Assembly: GCA_017889635.1 (NCBI GenBank)
Contig: JAGGAC010000026.1
Span: 16,145 to 80,144 of the forward strand
Origin: Bacillota bacterium
Lineage (GTDB): Bacteria > Bacillota > Negativicutes > Sporomusales > CTSoil-080
Direction: 5' to 3'
DNA length: 64,000 bases
The translations under genes and the position numbers were made by a program. Shown one piece after another: positions 61,505 to 64,000 of the stretch. Each line of letters opens with the position of its first letter. Position 1 is the first letter of the stretch. The notes below the pieces were generated by a model. It saw only the letters and a list, made by a program, of their open reading frames with translations. It did no database searches and was not told the origin of the DNA.

Positions 61505-62512
61505 TCATTTTTCTCCTTGTACTGGAATAAATTCCATAATCAAAACCCGAATAACCGCTAATATTGGAACCGCCATAACCATGCCTAAAACACCAAACAA
61601 ATGACCAAAAAAGAGTAAGCCGATCATAACAACAACAGGATGAAGATTAACTGCCCGCCCAATCAACTTAGGGGAAATAATATTGTGATTAATCTTTAGC
61701 ATCACAACATAAAATACGACAACTTTTAGAGCAATGGCTGTTGAATGAACCAGTCCAAGGCTTGTCGCTAAAAAAGCAACAGCCACCGGCCCTACAACCG
61801 GTACAAATTCAGCGAAAGTGCCAAGTGCAGCAAATACAGCCGGAAACGGCTGCCCCATGATAGTAAAAAATATAAATCCCGCAATCCCGGAAAATAAACA
61901 TACTGATAATTGCCCTCGAATGTAGGCGCTTAATACCCTGGCAATCTCAGCACAAACTTTAGTTAATCTAACCTGTTCATATTCTGGAGCAAAACTAAAT
62001 AAACCGGCACGCAATTTTTCTCCATCTTTCAAAAAGTAAAAAACAATAAAAGGAACACCAATAAGTTCAACAACTCCAGACATTGCATGAAGTAGTGGGT
62101 AGATAGCATTCTTTAAGCCTTCTAATGCAAACCCCGCAACCTCATTTACTCCTCCATTAACATATTCAGTAAGTTCGGGTGGTAAATTTAGACGTTCCAT
62201 CAGCGCATCAATTTCAACTGGATTAATATAGTGTGGAAGCTTAGTTGCAAACTGGGCAAAACTCGGCAAAATAGAACGTACTATCCAACAAGAAAACAGC
62301 AGAAAAGCCCCTAAGAACAGTACAAGTATAAGAATTGACGCCCAGCTGGACCCTATACGTCGTTTAAGTTTTTCCACCAATGGACGAAGTAACAGGGTAA
62401 GTAAAAACGCAATAAAAAGCACAATCGCAAGCTTGGTCGCAAGCCAAAACACCAATGTTATAGCAACAGTCAGTAGCGCTAGGTATCCGTAAGTCCAATT
62501 CCATCTAATCAT
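61505..62512 (-). CDS. AI-2E family transporter
   Basis: FYFLKDG, YIRGQL, PKLIGRAVNLHP, GVLGMVMAVP. Confidence 0.9.
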   Translation of the reverse strand: MIRWNWTYGYLALLTVAITLVFWLATKLAIVLFIAFLLTLLLRPLVEKLKRRIGSSWASILILVLFLGAFLLFSCWIVRSILPSFAQFATKLPHYINPVEIDALMERLNLPPELTEYVNGGVNEVAGFALEGLKNAIYPLLHAMSGVVELIGVPFIVFYFLKDGEKLRAGLFSFAPEYEQVRLTKVCAEIARVLSAYIRGQLSVCLFSGIAGFIFFTIMGQPFPAVFAALGTFAEFVPVVGPVAVAFLATSLGLVHSTAIALKVVVFYVVMLKINHNIISPKLIGRAVNLHPVVVMIGLLFFGHLFGVLGMVMAVPILAVIRVLIMEFIPVQGEK

Positions 62513-62698
62513 TTAGCCACCCCTATTTAAAATAGTAGCCTATAAATACAAGCAAATCTTAGCCCAACAAATCCTACGTTTTGCACATCTATTTTAGCAG
62601 ATAATTCGACAATCCACAAATTCTTACAAAAAAGTGAACTCATCCATTATTAACGGACAAGTTCACTTTTTCCATTTTATCAACTTAGAAAAATAGAC

Positions 62699-63238
62699 TT
62701 AGAATTTGTAGTTAACGCCAACACCTAAACCGTCGTAAGTGGCATAACCGTCATCTTTAGTAGATTTATAGCCTACATTAAGCGAAACATTGCGATCTAG
62801 CGCATAGTTGACGCCAGCTTGCCATTCGGTAGTGTAGCTATTACCAATAATTGATGCATAGCCGTCCATTCTTGGAGCCAGCTTAGTGGTATAACCTACA
62901 CCGTAAAAAACTTTGTTCGATACATTACCATAATCGTAATCGCGATCTCCAACAATAATGCGGAAATTGGGATTAAGCTTGTAATGGGCGTAGATGTCAG
63001 TCGTATTCCAATCATCGTAATCACAAGTAGAGTTATTGTTACGTTCAATACCCAACGTAAATTTGTCAGAAACATCACCTTGTAAATAAACACTACTATT
63101 ATCGGTACTATGACTCAAACTGTAGTAGTTGTAACCAACAGCTGCTTCACCTGTCCACATGTTGGTGATTGGAGCCGCAAAGCCAACACTTGAAACCATC
63201 ATTGAGCCGGCTACAAGTGCCAAAATTGTTTTTTTCAT
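62699..63238 (-). CDS. Small outer-membrane beta-barrel protein
   Basis: Signal peptide, Tyr/Gly-rich amphipathic strands, C-terminal VNYKF. Confidence 0.75.
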   Translation of the reverse strand: MKKTILALVAGSMMVSSVGFAAPITNMWTGEAAVGYNYYSLSHSTDNSSVYLQGDVSDKFTLGIERNNNSTCDYDDWNTTDIYAHYKLNPNFRIIVGDRDYDYGNVSNKVFYGVGYTTKLAPRMDGYASIIGNSYTTEWQAGVNYALDRNVSLNVGYKSTKDDGYATYDGLGVGVNYKF

Positions 63239-63264
63239 ATTTTTTCACCCTCCTTATAGAGGAT

Positions 63265-63297
63265 ATTTTACCATCCAAATGTTACAAAACTATTACA
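63265..63297 (-). promoter_or_regulatory. WalR-like direct repeat TGTAAT-N5-TGTAAC, 10 bp upstream of TAAAAT
   Basis: Half-sites 63292-63297 and 63281-63286; extended -10 TGGTAAAAT. Confidence 0.7.
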
Positions 63298-63516
63298 ATG
63301 CTATTGCATTTTAGACTCATTAGTCATTGAATCTGCGAAGTCCGCATCTTCATATTGCCGCTAAGCCTTACAAGAAAATGTAGCTATCGTAAATGCTAGC
63401 TACGCCATAGTTTTCCATGTGTAATAGTAATAATAAGGACACCCCTCCCCATTGATTACTTTGTAACTCTACTCAATAACAAGGCTTTATTTATTTATTT
63501 CTTTTATAACCTTCAA

Positions 63517-63546
63517 TAGCAAAATGTCATCCTCCGGCATAAAATA
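63517..63546 (+). promoter_or_regulatory. sigmaK-like promoter TAGCA-N16-CATAAAATA
   Basis: Matches the motif at 55944-55973. Confidence 0.5.
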
Positions 63547-63573
63547 CCGTGTCAGATGAAAGGAGGTAGTAAT

Positions 63574-63687
63574 ATGGGAGGATTCGGTGGATTTTGTGGT
63601 GGAGGGCGTAGCCCCATAGTTGTAGTTATCATTATAATTATCCTTCTTCTCTTATTCACAGGTGAAGATAGTTCTGGCACACTTTAA
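63574..63687 (+). CDS. 37-aa Gly-rich single-TM microprotein (YjcZ/SscA-like)
   Basis: AAAGGAGGT RBS; MGGFGGFCGGGRSPIVVVIIIIILLLLFTGEDSSGTL. Confidence 0.8.
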   Translation: MGGFGGFCGGGRSPIVVVIIIIILLLLFTGEDSSGTL

Positions 63688-63771
63688 TACAGAACATAAC
63701 TCTTTTTCATTTTTAGCATATTCTCCATCTTTAGCCAGGTGCCCCTTTATTCTAATTATGCCCCCTACTAT

Positions 63772-63807
63772 AAAGAAAGACCTGGGTAATCTAGACCCAG
63801 GTCTTTC
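63772..63807 (+). terminator. Probable terminator
   Basis: AGAAAGACCTGGGT...ACCCAGGTCTTTCT. Confidence 0.55.
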
Positions 63808-63956
63808 TGCGTGTTTTCCTGGAAGCAGTATTGCTCAGCAAAATCGCAGAATATTTTATAAATCAATATAATAAATGGCAATTATATATCGGAGTTATAA
63901 ATTCTTTTTCAAACTTTTTGAGTGTATAATTTCAATTTGTGAAAGAAGGTGTTTTA

Positions 63957-64000
63957 GTGAAAAAGCAGATATTTGCTTTTGCTATTATAGGATTTTCATC
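63957..64000 (+). CDS. Start of a CDS running off the window (signal-peptide-like MKKQIFAFAIIGFS...)
   Basis: GAAAGAAGGTG RBS, GTG start, upstream TATAAT. Confidence 0.5.
   Translation, partial: MKKQIFAFAIIGFS

Noticed and set aside
63350-63460. GGGGAGGGGTG RBS-like site with tiny minus-strand ORFs
   Set aside because: No properly spaced start codon; ORFs of 16 codons or fewer with no support.
63662-63871. 69-aa plus-strand ORF
   Set aside because: Starts inside the microprotein gene in another frame, has no RBS and crosses a terminator hairpin.
1-64000. Prophage, IS elements, defence systems, tRNA/rRNA
   Set aside because: No integrase, transposase, phage, nuclease or structural RNA signatures were recognised; the CPBP (Abi-like) gene is coupled to menA, not to a defence locus.

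Overview
64 kb of chromosomal DNA from a diderm, apparently spore-forming Firmicute (Negativicutes, Sporomusaceae-like). This assignment is inferred from lipid A acyltransferases, TolC and outer-membrane barrels occurring together with Gram-positive LexA boxes and YjcZ-like microproteins. About 55 CDSs, mostly on the minus strand; no rRNA, tRNA, CRISPR array or intact mobile element was seen. Highlights: (1) an uncharacterised six-gene operon (AGE-family epimerase, two DJ-1/PfpI proteins, TPP enzyme with an apparent ATT start, ankyrin protein, GH13 glucanase/branching enzyme); (2) six envelope-gene promoters that share a WalR-like TGTWAH direct repeat exactly 10 bp upstream of the -10; (3) a TetR operator/promoter copied in front of two lipid A acyltransferases; (4) a MerR-type 19-bp-spacer promoter driving buk-ptb-membrane protein-iorAB; (5) two paralogous 37-aa microproteins, missed by the ORF track, with matching sigmaK-like promoters; (6) a hidden, collapsed arsenosugar-type arsM pseudogene, plus several other clean internal deletions that are either real gene decay or assembly artefacts. 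All family assignments come from motif recognition by eye, not from database searches.
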